NCBI GenBank assembly: GCA_965199955.1
Contig: CBDATQ010000001.1
Coordinates: 2,048,001-2,112,000 of the forward strand
Source: Spirochaetia bacterium
GTDB taxonomy: Bacteria; Spirochaetota; Spirochaetia; SZUA-6; Bin103
DNA: 64,000 nt
Reading direction: 5' to 3'
This document shows, in pieces, positions 28,968 through 39,140 of the stretch. The first letter of the stretch is position 1, and every line of letters starts with the position of its first letter. Below the pieces are notes generated by a model. It had not been told where the DNA came from, did no database searches, and saw only the letters and a program-made list of their open reading frames with translations. The position numbers were made by a program, and so were the translations under genes.

Positions 28968-29149
28968 GCCGCCGGTGAACTCGCGTCTACGTTGTCCATG
29001 ACGTCTCCTCGCCTCACGCACGGGGTGCATCCCGGCGTGGCTGTGAGATACCATCGTCTTCGAATTGCGAAAGGTCTAATGTCAGCGGCTTCACGGAACC
29101 ATTGCAACGCTTATCGCCGCCTCGCGGTCGGCAGGGCGCTGGTTCCGTG

Positions 29150-29566
29150 ATGCAGGTCAGAGGAGCCACTCCTGGCGACGTTGACCGGGTATTCTCTCTC
29201 GCCTCGGACCTCGCCACTTCGTTCGATGTTGAGGAACGGACGTTCAGGGCGTCGTATCAACAGGTATTGACGGATGACCATGCGCTGCTGCTCGTGGTCG
29301 AAGACAACAAGGAAGTGGTCGGCTACTGCCTCGGGTTCGACCATGTCACGTTCTTCGCGAACGGCAGGGTCGCATGGGTTGAAGAGATGATGGTGAGCGG
29401 CTCCCATCGGAGGAAGGGCGCCGGACGTTCGCTGATGACGGCGTTCGAGAGATGGTCAACCGCCCGCGGAGCGAAGCTCGTCGCCATGGCTACCCGCCGG
29501 GCAGCCGAGTTCTACCGGGCGGTGGGTTACGAGGAGTCGGCGACGTATTTCCGAAAGGTACTGTGA
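29150..29566 (+). CDS. GNAT acetyltransferase
   Basis: WVEEMMV..HRRKGAGRSLM..FYRAVGY. Confidence 0.85.
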   Translation: MQVRGATPGDVDRVFSLASDLATSFDVEERTFRASYQQVLTDDHALLLVVEDNKEVVGYCLGFDHVTFFANGRVAWVEEMMVSGSHRRKGAGRSLMTAFERWSTARGAKLVAMATRRAAEFYRAVGYEESATYFRKVL

Positions 29567-29607
29567 CACAGACCGGTTCGTGATCGTTCAGTACAAGGGA
29601 GTTCGGA

Positions 29608-30120
29608 ATGAGAGGAGTAGCGGTCGTTGCACTACGCGCGACCACGAGAGGACACGAGGTTCTGCTGATGCGCAGAACCCGAAGCAACGCGGGAGAGTGG
29701 TGCCAGATTGCCGGCTCCATAGAACCAGGCGAAACAGCGTGGCAGGCTGCGCTGCGCGAGATGAGGGAAGAGACTGCACTGGTGCCCAGTCGCCTTTATT
29801 CCGCTGATCTCTGCGAGCAGTTCTACGAAACCGGAACGGATTCGATCTGGGTCGCCCCGATCTTCGTTGCATACGTTGACTCGGAGGCTACCGTCAGGTT
29901 GAACGAGGAACACAGCGAGTATTGCTGGACTTCCATCGGCCGGGCTATCGATCTGCTACCGTTTCCAGGTCAGAAGACGATGTTGATGCACATTCATCGC
30001 TGGTTCGTCGAACGCGAACCGTCTCGACTGCTCGAGATAGACATCGGCGGCGTCCCGCACGTGACACGCTGTCGGCCGCGTAGCGCCGCTTCAGCGCATC
30101 GAGGTCGCCGTCGTACATGA
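29608..30120 (+). CDS. NUDIX hydrolase
   Basis: GSIEPGETAWQAALREMREETAL Nudix box, LNEEHSEYCW; 3' tail overlaps convergent pseudogene. Confidence 0.85.
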   Translation: MRGVAVVALRATTRGHEVLLMRRTRSNAGEWCQIAGSIEPGETAWQAALREMREETALVPSRLYSADLCEQFYETGTDSIWVAPIFVAYVDSEATVRLNEEHSEYCWTSIGRAIDLLPFPGQKTMLMHIHRWFVEREPSRLLEIDIGGVPHVTRCRPRSAASAHRGRRRT

Positions 30121-30842
30121 TCCGGCCCTTGTCGATGACGATCACGCGGTCGCAGAGCTTCTCGATGTCGCCCATGTCGTGCGTCGTCAGGATGACGGTC
30201 TTGCCGTGCGTGCGGTTGGCCTCTCGGATGAACTGGCGGATGTGCTCCTTGGCCCACGACGTCCAGCCCGATCGTCGGCTCGTCCAGGAAGATGAAGTCC
30301 GGGTCGTGCAGCATCGCGCAGCAGAAGTCGGCGCGCATGCGCTGCCCCAGGCTGAGCTGCCGCACCGCCACGTCCATGAACTCGTCGGTCGCCAGGATGT
30401 CGGCGAAGCGCGCCAGCGCCCGCTCGTAATCCGGCAGCGGAATGCCACATGTGGCGGATGACCTTGAAGGTGTCCGACACCGGGATGTCCCACCAGAGCT
30501 GGGTGCGCTGGCCGAACACGACGATGTTGCGGGCGTTGGCCATGCGCTGGCGGTGGGGGACGGTGCCGCCCACCGAGACCTCGCCGCTGGTCGGCACCAG
30601 GATGCCGACCAGCATCTTGCTGGTGGTCGACTTGCTGGCGCCGTTGGAGCCGATGTGCCGACCACCTCGCCCGGCTCGATGTCGAAGGAGATGCGGTCGA
30701 CCGCGGTGAGCACGTCGTACTCGGGCGCGAACAGCCCGCGCACCGCGCCGCCCAGCCCCGGCCGGCGGCGCTGGCGCTTGAACTCGCGGGTGATGTCGCA
30801 GACCCGTATTCCCGCGTGAGTTCCCGTCACCGTGGCCGTCAT
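30060..30842 (-). pseudogene. ABC-2-type ATP-binding protein with three frameshifts and degenerate Walker A
   Basis: AVDRISF | IGSNGASKST, VFGQRTQLWWD | LSLGQRMRAD, FLDEPTIGLD | LTTHDMGDIE in alternating frames. Confidence 0.85.
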
Positions 30843-30919
30843 GAGAGCCGCGGATCGTACCACGGGACCGGCTCCCTTTTGTTGCCCGCGCTGCCCGCGG
30901 CCGATAGGCTGCGGATGCG

Positions 30920-31432
30920 ATGAGCAAGCAGGTGATCGCCCTGAGCGCACGGGCCGCGGCGGCGTTGCCTTCGATACCGGAGACCCAGCGCCAACTGAGG
31001 GAAGGCTACCTCGACGCCACGAGCCGCCTCTCCATCGACGAGCTGGAGGCGATGAGGGACTCGTACGTGGTCAGCATCGTCACGACGCACCCACGATGGG
31101 AGGTCATCGGGGTCCTGGAGAAGCTGGGGCTGTCACCGTATTGCCCGGCCGAGCACATCATCGTCGCGCCCAAGGGCCAGCGTCAGGACATCGACCACTG
31201 GCGGCGCTGGCGTGCCGGATTCGAGGCGGCCGGCACGCCGCTGGCAGCGGTCATCGACCACACGGGGGAGGGCGCAGGCTCCGTGGTCCATGCCCTGGGA
31301 ACGGCGCCCGACTTTGCCGGCGTGAGCCTCTACTACTGGCCATATGACGCGAAGGACCAGACGGCATCGACCGCCATCCGTATAGGTGGGCTGGCCGACA
31401 CGAAGGAGTACCGGCTGGCGACGCAGGGGTAG
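30920..31432 (+). CDS. Hypothetical protein, weak resemblance to a degenerate HAD fold
   Basis: Natural composition; VSIVTTHPRWEVIGVLEKLGLSPY resembles HAD motif II region; no DxD. Confidence 0.5.
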   Translation: MSKQVIALSARAAAALPSIPETQRQLREGYLDATSRLSIDELEAMRDSYVVSIVTTHPRWEVIGVLEKLGLSPYCPAEHIIVAPKGQRQDIDHWRRWRAGFEAAGTPLAAVIDHTGEGAGSVVHALGTAPDFAGVSLYYWPYDAKDQTASTAIRIGGLADTKEYRLATQG

Positions 31433-31447
31433 CCCGGCTGGGCCGGC

Positions 31448-31816
31448 TCAGTCCGGGATCTGGCTGGCTGCCATGCCGATGCAGTTGCCCTGCGGATCGG
31501 CGAACAGGGCGAACGTCACCGTCTTGGGGATCGTCGTCACCGGCATGATCACGGTGGCGCCGAGCTCGACCGCCTTCCGCAGCCGCTCCTCGATGTCGTC
31601 CACCTGTACGTAAAAGGTGACGCAGTTCGGACCGCCCTGGGTGCCGGTGATACCGCCGTTGATGCCGGCCGGGTCATTCGCGTCCTTGGTGGTGACGACG
31701 CCGTAGTCGATCGCCTCGTGCTGCTGGACGTTCCAGTCGAACAGCTCGCCGTAAAATGTGTGCAGCGCGCCGGGATCCTGCGACTGAATCTCAAAGTGAA
31801 CTACGGGATTCTTCAT
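31448..31816 (-). CDS. VOC family protein
   Basis: MKNPVVHFEI, GINGGI, FYVQVDDIE, FADPQGN. Confidence 0.9.
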   Translation of the reverse strand: MKNPVVHFEIQSQDPGALHTFYGELFDWNVQQHEAIDYGVVTTKDANDPAGINGGITGTQGGPNCVTFYVQVDDIEERLRKAVELGATVIMPVTTIPKTVTFALFADPQGNCIGMAASQIPD

Positions 31817-32640
31817 GGCGTCTGGCCTCCGTCGGCTTGTGCTCCGTTGGCACGGTCGAGTCCGTATTCTCGCGTGACCTGCAGGCGCTGCGCAAGGTGC
31901 CGCATGCGATCGGGACCGGCGGTGCGCAGCAACGGCTCCGCGTAGACCATGCCGGACCGCTTGACGGAGCCGGTCAGGAGCTCGACCAAGTGCGGCAGCG
32001 CCGGTCCCGCCATGTGCTCCTCGAAGTTGTAGGTGAACATGCGCCGCTCGGTGCCGCCGCCCCAGGAGCTGTGCTTGGTCTTGTGATTGAACAGCAGCAT
32101 GTCGCCGGGGGTCGAGGCGATGGCGTAGCCGGGCAGGTCGCTGCCGTCCATGCCCCAGAACTCGTCGCTACGGGCGTGGAGGGTGAGGGGAACCGCCCGG
32201 TGCAGGCCGTCCGCGTAACGGTCGCCGGCGTGGCAGCTCCCCGGGAACACGCGCAGGCAGCCTGAACCGGCGTCCACGGGGTCGAGGTAGAAGGCGATCT
32301 TCAGCGAGTGGTACGGATCCGCGAGGTCGTGGTCGGAGTGCCAGTTGGTGTCGCCGACGTAGTAGTTGCCGTCGCTGCCCGCGTAGTTGTAGTCCTGCCC
32401 CAGCAGGCTGGCGACCACGCAGTCGATGCGCGGATCGTCCAGCAGGCCGCACAGGTACTCGTCCCGGTCCGCGAACGGGATGAGCATCGACCGTTCCCGG
32501 TGGTCGTGGACGCGGCCGCTGGCGGCCCAGATGCGCTCGAAGGCGGCGGTGATCTCGCCGACCTCGTCCGCGAACAGCGCCGGGAAGCGCAGGAATCCGA
32601 AGGTCCGGTAGAAGGCGAGCTGTCGGTCGTCGAGTATCAT
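31813..32640 (-). CDS. PhyH-family Fe(II)/2-oxoglutarate dioxygenase
   Basis: FYRTFGFL, GDTNWHSD, KIAFYLD, GCLRVFPGS, KHSSWGG..RRM. Confidence 0.85.
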   Translation of the reverse strand: MILDDRQLAFYRTFGFLRFPALFADEVGEITAAFERIWAASGRVHDHRERSMLIPFADRDEYLCGLLDDPRIDCVVASLLGQDYNYAGSDGNYYVGDTNWHSDHDLADPYHSLKIAFYLDPVDAGSGCLRVFPGSCHAGDRYADGLHRAVPLTLHARSDEFWGMDGSDLPGYAIASTPGDMLLFNHKTKHSSWGGGTERRMFTYNFEEHMAGPALPHLVELLTGSVKRSGMVYAEPLLRTAGPDRMRHLAQRLQVTREYGLDRANGAQADGGQTP

Positions 32641-32723
32641 GGATCGAGCGTCTCGGTGCGCCGCCCCAGTATTTGCTACCCTGTGCCGGGCAGGCAACCC
32701 AGCGTGGGGCGAGGAGGAACACG

Positions 32724-33770
32724 ATGAAAGGCGTCGTCTTCACCGGGGACCGTGGACTGGAGGTTCGCGAGTTGCCGATTCCGGAACCCGGACCCGAGCA
32801 GGCGCTGGTTCGGATGGCGGCCTCCTCCATCTGCGGAACCGACATGCACTTCTACCGCAAGAGCTGGGACGAGCTGGTGGAGTTCCGCGAGTCGTTCAAC
32901 GGGTCGCCCGACACCATCCCCGGCCACGAGCCGTGCGGGGTGGTGGAGGCGGTCGGCGCCAACGTCACCTCGGTCGCGCCGGGTGACCGGGTGACCGTCT
33001 ACCAGCACGTCGGCTGCGAGAGCTGTGGCTACTGCCGCCGGGGCGAGGTGATGTTCTGCCCGGAGCGAACGGGCTACGGGTCCGTGCACGACGGCTCGTC
33101 CGCGGACTACGCGCTGGCGCCGGCGCGCAACTGCATGCGCATTCCGGATGCGCTGAGCTTCGACCGCGCCGTGGTGCTCTCCTGCGCCGGCGGCACTGCG
33201 TACCAGTCGATCCAGCGCATCGACCCGTCCGGCGCCGACACCGTGGGCATCTTCGGGCTCGGCCCGGTGGGCCTGTGCGCCGTCGCGTTCGCGGTCGCGC
33301 GCGGGGCGCGCGTGGTCGGGCTGGACCTGCAGCCGGAACGGCTGCGCCTGGCGCGAGGCATGGGCGCCGAGCGGGTGATCGACGCCTCCTGTCAGGACGC
33401 GGTCGCCGAGCTGCTGGAGATGACCGGCGGACGCGGGCTGGACGCCGCCGCCGACTACTCGGGCAGCCCGCGGGCGCAGCAGGCGATGGTGGCGGCCGCC
33501 GGCAAGTGGGCGCGGCTGGGGCTGATCGGCGTCGGCGAGCCGTTCGAGCTTGACGCGTTCCGCGGCATGATCATGCGCCAGCTCACCCTGATGGGATCCT
33601 GGATCTACAACCTGGGCCAGTTCGAGGAGATCGTCGATCACGTGCTGGAGCGGGACATCCCGCTGGAGGAGCTGATCACCCATCGCTATACGATCGACCA
33701 GGCCGAGGAGGCGTTCCGGGTGTTCGACGCGGGCGCGACCGGCAAGGTGGTGTTCACATGGGAGTCCTGA
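32724..33770 (+). CDS. Zn-dependent alcohol dehydrogenase (MDR)
   Basis: ICGTD, GHEPCG, CESCGYC..C, GLGPVG; GAGGAGG RBS. Confidence 0.92.
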   Translation: MKGVVFTGDRGLEVRELPIPEPGPEQALVRMAASSICGTDMHFYRKSWDELVEFRESFNGSPDTIPGHEPCGVVEAVGANVTSVAPGDRVTVYQHVGCESCGYCRRGEVMFCPERTGYGSVHDGSSADYALAPARNCMRIPDALSFDRAVVLSCAGGTAYQSIQRIDPSGADTVGIFGLGPVGLCAVAFAVARGARVVGLDLQPERLRLARGMGAERVIDASCQDAVAELLEMTGGRGLDAAADYSGSPRAQQAMVAAAGKWARLGLIGVGEPFELDAFRGMIMRQLTLMGSWIYNLGQFEEIVDHVLERDIPLEELITHRYTIDQAEEAFRVFDAGATGKVVFTWES

Positions 33771-34969
33771 GCCCCGCACAGATCGCCCTCTTCCGCGACG
33801 ACGGCTTCCTGGTCGTGCCGGACCTGATGAGCAAGGACGAGATCGACGGGCTGGCCGATGCGGTCCGTTCCGAGTTCGTGACGCAGCGCCACATCGGCGT
33901 GGGCAGGCACTTTCCGGATCCGGGCAAGTACACCCTGTCCGAGGACAGCCTGCGGCTGGCCGACGTGCGCCGCGTGGTCGACCACCCGCAGGTGACGGCC
34001 GCCGTCTCCGAGCTGCTGGAGGACGAGATCCGCATCTCCGCCTTCGTGATCTACGCGATGCCGCCCGGCAGCCAGGGCACCGGCGGCGACTACCAGGGGA
34101 CGCACGAGTCCGCGCACTGCGACTACAAGCCGTACCGGCCGGTCGGCTCCTCGATGCGCTGGCTGTTCGTCATCGTGCCGCTGGTCGACTACACCGAGGA
34201 GATCGGCCCGCTGCTGGTGTCACCGGGATCGCACAAGATCCCCAGGCTGACGCGCCGGGGACGGATCACGCACGTGGAGCGGGCGCGGGGCGACCAGCTC
34301 CGGCCGTTCCAGGACACCAGGCTGCGGCGCGGACAGGTCGCCTTCATGGACATGTTCACGTGGCACCAGGCGTTCGGAAACCGTTCCGAGACGCTGCGCT
34401 TCGGCGTCTACAACAAGTACCGGGCGCGCAGCGCGCCGCCGGGCTGCGGGCCCTACCTGTTCCGCGAGCACTCGGCGGAGCTGTTCGACCACGCCGGCGC
34501 GGAGTTGCTGGAGAACCGCATCGAGGGCCGTGTCGCACAGACCAGGCTGCTGGTGGAGAAGGATGACCGGTTCCTGGTCCTGGACGGGCCGGACGGGTCG
34601 CCAGCGGTGCCCGGCGGGGCGGCGCAGCCGGCCATGAAGCGGGTTGGCACCGACGACGACAACGTGATCGACGCGCTGATGAGCGCCGCGCGTCCGCAGC
34701 TCGGCGGCGACCTGCCCTGGGTCAGCTACGTGGGCGACTACCTGGTGGGCGACGGCTCGGCCGACGTCTGCCGCGTGTACGCCTGTCCGCACGAGGAGCT
34801 GACGCGCGACAACGGCCCGGCTCCCGCCACGGCGAGCTGGCACTTCTTCGACCGGCTCGGCGCCGAAACCGGCACCCCGTACCTGACGGAAGCGGCCGAG
34901 CGATGGCTGACCGAGCCCGTCGTGCGAGGCATCGGCCAGTCGAACGAACAGGCCAAGTTCAAACCGTAA
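33758..34969 (+). CDS. PhyH-family dioxygenase with C-terminal NUDIX-like extension
   Basis: FRDDGFLVVP, AHCD, SPGSHK, WHQA..R, plus ~150 aa extra domain. Confidence 0.8.
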   Translation: MGVLSPAQIALFRDDGFLVVPDLMSKDEIDGLADAVRSEFVTQRHIGVGRHFPDPGKYTLSEDSLRLADVRRVVDHPQVTAAVSELLEDEIRISAFVIYAMPPGSQGTGGDYQGTHESAHCDYKPYRPVGSSMRWLFVIVPLVDYTEEIGPLLVSPGSHKIPRLTRRGRITHVERARGDQLRPFQDTRLRRGQVAFMDMFTWHQAFGNRSETLRFGVYNKYRARSAPPGCGPYLFREHSAELFDHAGAELLENRIEGRVAQTRLLVEKDDRFLVLDGPDGSPAVPGGAAQPAMKRVGTDDDNVIDALMSAARPQLGGDLPWVSYVGDYLVGDGSADVCRVYACPHEELTRDNGPAPATASWHFFDRLGAETGTPYLTEAAERWLTEPVVRGIGQSNEQAKFKP

Positions 34970-34986
34970 CGCCCTGGGGTATCAGC

Positions 34987-35937
34987 ATGAAGATCCTTGT
35001 CAGCTTCTCCTTCACCGCCGCGCAACGCGCGGAGCTCGATGCCGTGGCCCGGCGCCACGGCGGCCACGAGGTGACTCACACCGACGATCCGGCGGTCGCG
35101 CTGGCGGCGGCGCCGGAGGTCGAGGTGGCCATGGGCACCCTCACGCCGGACGTGTTCCTGGCGGCGCGCAACCTGCAGTGGGCGCACTCCTTCAGCGCCG
35201 GCCTGGACATGGTGCTGTCCCCGGAAGCCGCGGCACTGCCGTTCACCCTGACCAACATGGCCGGCAAGTACGCCGCGCAGGGCGCCGAGCACGCGTGGGC
35301 GCTGCTGCTGGCTCTGAGCCGCGGCGTCGTGCACGCGGCGTCCACCCGGCGTTGGGAACAGGCCACGGTCATGTCCCTGAGCGGCGGCACGCTCCTGATC
35401 ATCGGGCTGGGGGGATTCGGTATGCACACCGCGCAGCGCGCCGCCGGCTACGAGATGACCGTGCTGGCGCTGGACCCGGTAAAGAGCGCTGGGCCGGCCC
35501 CCGACGGCGTCGCCGAGGTGCTGCCGCCGACGCGGGAGCACCTGCACGCGTTCCTGGCGCGCGCCGACGCGGTGGCGGTCACCTGCCCGCTGGTGCCGGA
35601 GACGTACCACCTGATCGGCGCCGAGGAGCTTGCGCGGATGAAGCCGACCGCCTACCTGGTCAACGTCAGCCGCGGCGGCATCATCGACGAGCCGGCGCTG
35701 ATGGCGGCCCTGCACGCGGGCGGGATCGCCGGAGCGGGGCTGGACGTGTGCGAGGTGGAACCGGTGCCGGACGACAGCCCGCTGTGGACCACGCCGAACC
35801 TGGTGCTGACGCCGCACCGCGCCGGCTACTCGCAACATCGCCCGGCGGAGGTCCATGCCTTCGCGCTGCAGCAGCTCGAGCGCTACCTCACGGGTCAGCC
35901 GCTTGAGAACATCGTCGACAAGCGCGCCGGATTCTGA
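34987..35937 (+). CDS. D-2-hydroxyacid dehydrogenase
   Basis: GLGGFG, NVSRG, DVCEVEP, TPHRAG. Confidence 0.9.
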   Translation: MKILVSFSFTAAQRAELDAVARRHGGHEVTHTDDPAVALAAAPEVEVAMGTLTPDVFLAARNLQWAHSFSAGLDMVLSPEAAALPFTLTNMAGKYAAQGAEHAWALLLALSRGVVHAASTRRWEQATVMSLSGGTLLIIGLGGFGMHTAQRAAGYEMTVLALDPVKSAGPAPDGVAEVLPPTREHLHAFLARADAVAVTCPLVPETYHLIGAEELARMKPTAYLVNVSRGGIIDEPALMAALHAGGIAGAGLDVCEVEPVPDDSPLWTTPNLVLTPHRAGYSQHRPAEVHAFALQQLERYLTGQPLENIVDKRAGF

Positions 35938-35979
35938 ACGGGAGTCGGTGCACCATACTCGGCGCGGGAGGAAGTTAGG

Positions 35980-37152
35980 GTGAAGTACGACGTTCTCATT
36001 GCCGGCGGAGAGGTGATCGACCCGTCGCAACGGATGCGCGGCCGGCTCGACGTGGCGGTCGCGGGCGAGCGCATCGCGGACATCCGCCCGGACATACCGG
36101 CCGAGCAGGGCCGCCACGTGATCGACGCACGCGGCCGGCTGGTGATGCCAGGCCTGGTCGACCTGCACGTGCACGCCTACCGGGACCACACCACGCTGGG
36201 GCTGGACCCCGATCCGCTGTGCGCCGCCGGCGGGGTGACCACGATGCTCGACACCGGCAGCTCGGGCAGCCACAACTTCCCCGGCTTCCTGCGCGACGTG
36301 ATCGTCCCCGCGCAGACCGAGGTGCTGGCGCTCATTCACCTGTCGGCGCTGGGGCTGGCCACCTTCAACCGGACCGGCGAGCTGCTCGACCGCGCGCTGG
36401 CCGACCCCGAGGGCGTGGTGGCCACCATCCGCGCCCATCCCAGCGTCGCCGTCGGCGTGAAGATCCGCGCCACCGGCCGCCTGATAGGCACGGGGGACGC
36501 AGGCTGGGCCAACCTCAGGGACGCGGTCGCTGCGGCGCGCGAGGCCGGCACGATGCTGATGGTGCATATCGGCGAGACGCCGATGCCGGTGCCGGAGATC
36601 GTGGAGCTGCTGGAGCCCGGCGACTGCATCACGCACTGCTTCAAGGGCGGCTCCGAGCGCATCCTGGATCCCGACGACCGGGTCTGGCCCGCCGTCCGCG
36701 AGGCCGCCGAGCGCGGCGTCATCTTCGACATCGGCCACGGCTCCGGGAGCTTCCAGTGGGAGGTCGCCGAGGCGGCGATCGCGCAGGGGTTCCTGCCGCA
36801 GACCATCAGCACCGACCTGCATACCCTGAACGTCAACGGCCCGGTGTTCGACATGCCTACCACCATGTCCAAATTTCTGCACTTGGGGCTGTCGCTGGAG
36901 GAGGTGGTCGAGCGGTCGACCCTCATCCCGGCCAAGGTATTGCTCCGCGACCACGAGATCGGCACCCTGCGGCCGGGGACGCGCGCGGACATCGCCGTGC
37001 TGGACGACCGCGAAGGCCGCTTCGTGTTGACCGACAGCATGGGCACGGACCGCATCGCAACGCGCTGCCTGCGTGCGGCCGCCACCGTCCGTCGCGGCCA
37101 GATCGTGCCGGGGGGCGGAGGGTGGTATCCCCACCGACAAGAGGTGAACTGA
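35980..37152 (+). CDS. Amidohydrolase/deacetylase (dihydroorotase-like)
   Basis: PGLVDLHVH, GVKIR, MVHIG, ITHCF, DIGHG, ISTDLH. Confidence 0.88.
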   Translation: MKYDVLIAGGEVIDPSQRMRGRLDVAVAGERIADIRPDIPAEQGRHVIDARGRLVMPGLVDLHVHAYRDHTTLGLDPDPLCAAGGVTTMLDTGSSGSHNFPGFLRDVIVPAQTEVLALIHLSALGLATFNRTGELLDRALADPEGVVATIRAHPSVAVGVKIRATGRLIGTGDAGWANLRDAVAAAREAGTMLMVHIGETPMPVPEIVELLEPGDCITHCFKGGSERILDPDDRVWPAVREAAERGVIFDIGHGSGSFQWEVAEAAIAQGFLPQTISTDLHTLNVNGPVFDMPTTMSKFLHLGLSLEEVVERSTLIPAKVLLRDHEIGTLRPGTRADIAVLDDREGRFVLTDSMGTDRIATRCLRAAATVRRGQIVPGGGGWYPHRQEVN

Positions 37153-38181
37153 GTGACGGCACTGCAAGCGTTTCTGCACGGCCCGCGCGACCTGCACATC
37201 GAGCCGGTAGAGCTGGACCCGGACGGCCTCGGCCCGCACGAGGTGCTGGTCGACACCGAGGTGTCGGCCCTGAAGATCGGCACCGACCGCGGCAACTACG
37301 AAGGAGCGGACTACGGCATGCAGCCGATCGAGTATCCGCGTCCGGTCGGCGACAGCAGCGTGGGCGTCGTGCGTGCGGTCGGCAGCGCCGTCACGCGTGT
37401 GGCGGTGGGGGACCGGGTCGCCGACCGCCACGGGCATGCGTCCGCGCACGTGTTCGACGCGCGAGGCCACCTGGCCAAGGTGCCGCCGGGGGTCGACCCG
37501 GAGGACGCGGTGTGGTCGCACCTCTACACGCTGTCCGCCTTCTGCTACCGCAAGGCGGGCTTCGAGCCGGGCGAGAACGTCGCCGTGGTCGGCCTGGGCG
37601 TGCTGGGGCTCGGCGCCGTGGCGCTTGGACCGCTGTTCGGGGCGCGGGTGGTCGCCCTGGGCAACAGCCCGGTGCGCATGGAGATGGCGCGCCGCATGGG
37701 CGCGCACGAGGCGTTCCTGTCCTCCGACCCGAACCTGGCCGGGAAGCTGGACCGGTTCACGGACGGGGTCGGCATCGACCTGGTGATCCTGACCGCGAAT
37801 CCGTGGCCGGCCTACCGTACGTCCGTCGAGGTGGTACGCAACGGCGGCCGGGTCTCCATCGTCAGCCTGCTGGGGCGGGGCGAGGAGAAGCTGGACTTCA
37901 ACCCGCTGGTGCTCGACTGGTTCTACGACAAGGGCATCTCGCTGATCGCCGTCAACGGCAGCGCCGGCTACCGGTTCCCGGGTGAGCATGACGAACCTGA
38001 GCGCTTCTCGTGGAACAACTCATGCGCGCACGTGCTGTCGCTGATGGCCGACGGACGCCTGTCACCCAAGCGGCTGATCACCCACCGAATGCCGTACCGG
38101 GACATGAAGCAGGCCTACGAGATGGCCTACCGCCGCGAGAAGGAGATGCTGGGCGTCGTGTTCGACTGGCGCGGCGCCTGA
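37153..38181 (+). CDS. MDR-family (zinc-binding-type) dehydrogenase
   Basis: VAVGDRV, GLGVLG, LITHRMPY. Confidence 0.85.
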   Translation: MTALQAFLHGPRDLHIEPVELDPDGLGPHEVLVDTEVSALKIGTDRGNYEGADYGMQPIEYPRPVGDSSVGVVRAVGSAVTRVAVGDRVADRHGHASAHVFDARGHLAKVPPGVDPEDAVWSHLYTLSAFCYRKAGFEPGENVAVVGLGVLGLGAVALGPLFGARVVALGNSPVRMEMARRMGAHEAFLSSDPNLAGKLDRFTDGVGIDLVILTANPWPAYRTSVEVVRNGGRVSIVSLLGRGEEKLDFNPLVLDWFYDKGISLIAVNGSAGYRFPGEHDEPERFSWNNSCAHVLSLMADGRLSPKRLITHRMPYRDMKQAYEMAYRREKEMLGVVFDWRGA

Positions 38182-39140
38182 GCGGCAGGCGGCATCCGGT
38201 CGTCGATTGACCCGCGCCCCTCGGGCGTCGTTCCGGAGTGCCGGGCACCACGCAGGCGGAGGGCACGCGCCGCCAGTCCGCGCTCCGGGGCCGCTACCAG
38301 CGCCACTGCCACCACCACGCCGGCCACGACGGTCATCATGCCGGCCGTGCTGGTGTCGACCAGCCCGAACCAGCGGGGCACCGTGATCGCGCCGACGTGT
38401 CCGCCGACGGCGCAGACCAGCGCCACCCCCTGGCCGAATACCAGCAGCGACCACAGCCGGCGGGTGAACAGGCTTGCCACCACGCCGGGTACGATCAGCA
38501 TCGCGATCACCAGGATGCTGCCGACGCTCTCGAACGCCGCGACGATGGTCACCGCCACCATCACCATCAGCCCGTAGTGCATGAGGCGTGCGTTGCAGCC
38601 GATAGAGCGCGCGAAATCCTCGTCAAAGGAGGTGAGGTTGAGCTCCTTGAACAGCACCACGACGAACAGCAGGTCCGCCGCGAACACCGCGCCCAGGATC
38701 AGGAGCGCCCGCGGCATGCGCACGCCGGCCACCACCACGTCGTTGAGCGGCGCCAGCTCGACCGAGCCGTAGAAGACCGTGTGCACGTCGATGTGGACGG
38801 AGTCGGCGCTGCGCACGATCAGGATCAGGCCGACGGCGAACATGGTGGTGAACACCACGCCCATGGCCGCGCCGCGGTCCACGTTGCCCACTTGGTGGAT
38901 GAGCTGCGTGAAGGCGGCGGTGAGCACGCCGGCGACCGCGGCGCCGATCACGATCACGCCGGTATCGCGGCTGAGCGTGACCAGGAACGCGACGGCGATG
39001 CCGGGTAGCACGGCGTGGCTGATGGCATCGCCCATCATGCTCATGCGGCGCAGCACCAGGAAGCTGCCGATCAGCGCCGACGCCATGGCGCTGACGGCGG
39101 CCACCACCACGATGCCGGTGTCGAGGGCCGTCCAGGTCAC
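38127..39140 (-). CDS. troD: Mn/Zn/Fe ABC transporter permease
   Basis: LRRMSMMGDAISHAVLPG, FESVGSILV; GTGA overlap with upstream permease. Confidence 0.85.
   Translation of the reverse strand: MTWTALDTGIVVVAAVSAMASALIGSFLVLRRMSMMGDAISHAVLPGIAVAFLVTLSRDTGVIVIGAAVAGVLTAAFTQLIHQVGNVDRGAAMGVVFTTMFAVGLILIVRSADSVHIDVHTVFYGSVELAPLNDVVVAGVRMPRALLILGAVFAADLLFVVVLFKELNLTSFDEDFARSIGCNARLMHYGLMVMVAVTIVAAFESVGSILVIAMLIVPGVVASLFTRRLWSLLVFGQGVALVCAVGGHVGAITVPRWFGLVDTSTAGMMTVVAGVVVAVALVAAPERGLAARALRLRGARHSGTTPEGRGSIDDRMPPAAQAPRQSNTTPSISFSRR

Noticed and set aside
28970..30060. GNAT and NUDIX genes as integron cassettes
   Set aside because: Slightly lower GC and cassette-like size, but no convincing attC core sites and no integrase in the window.
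34738..37989. 1083-aa minus-strand ORF and similar long ORFs (4364-6289, 7200-8891, 14682-17018, 55020-56618)
   Set aside because: Antisense or off-frame shadows of motif-bearing genes, expected at ~70% GC; only the last 80 codons of 4364-6289 are a real gene.
38127..38181. Functional antisense overlap of troD and the dehydrogenase
   Set aside because: The troD tail is low-complexity run-on sequence, more simply explained by loss of the original stop or 3' region.
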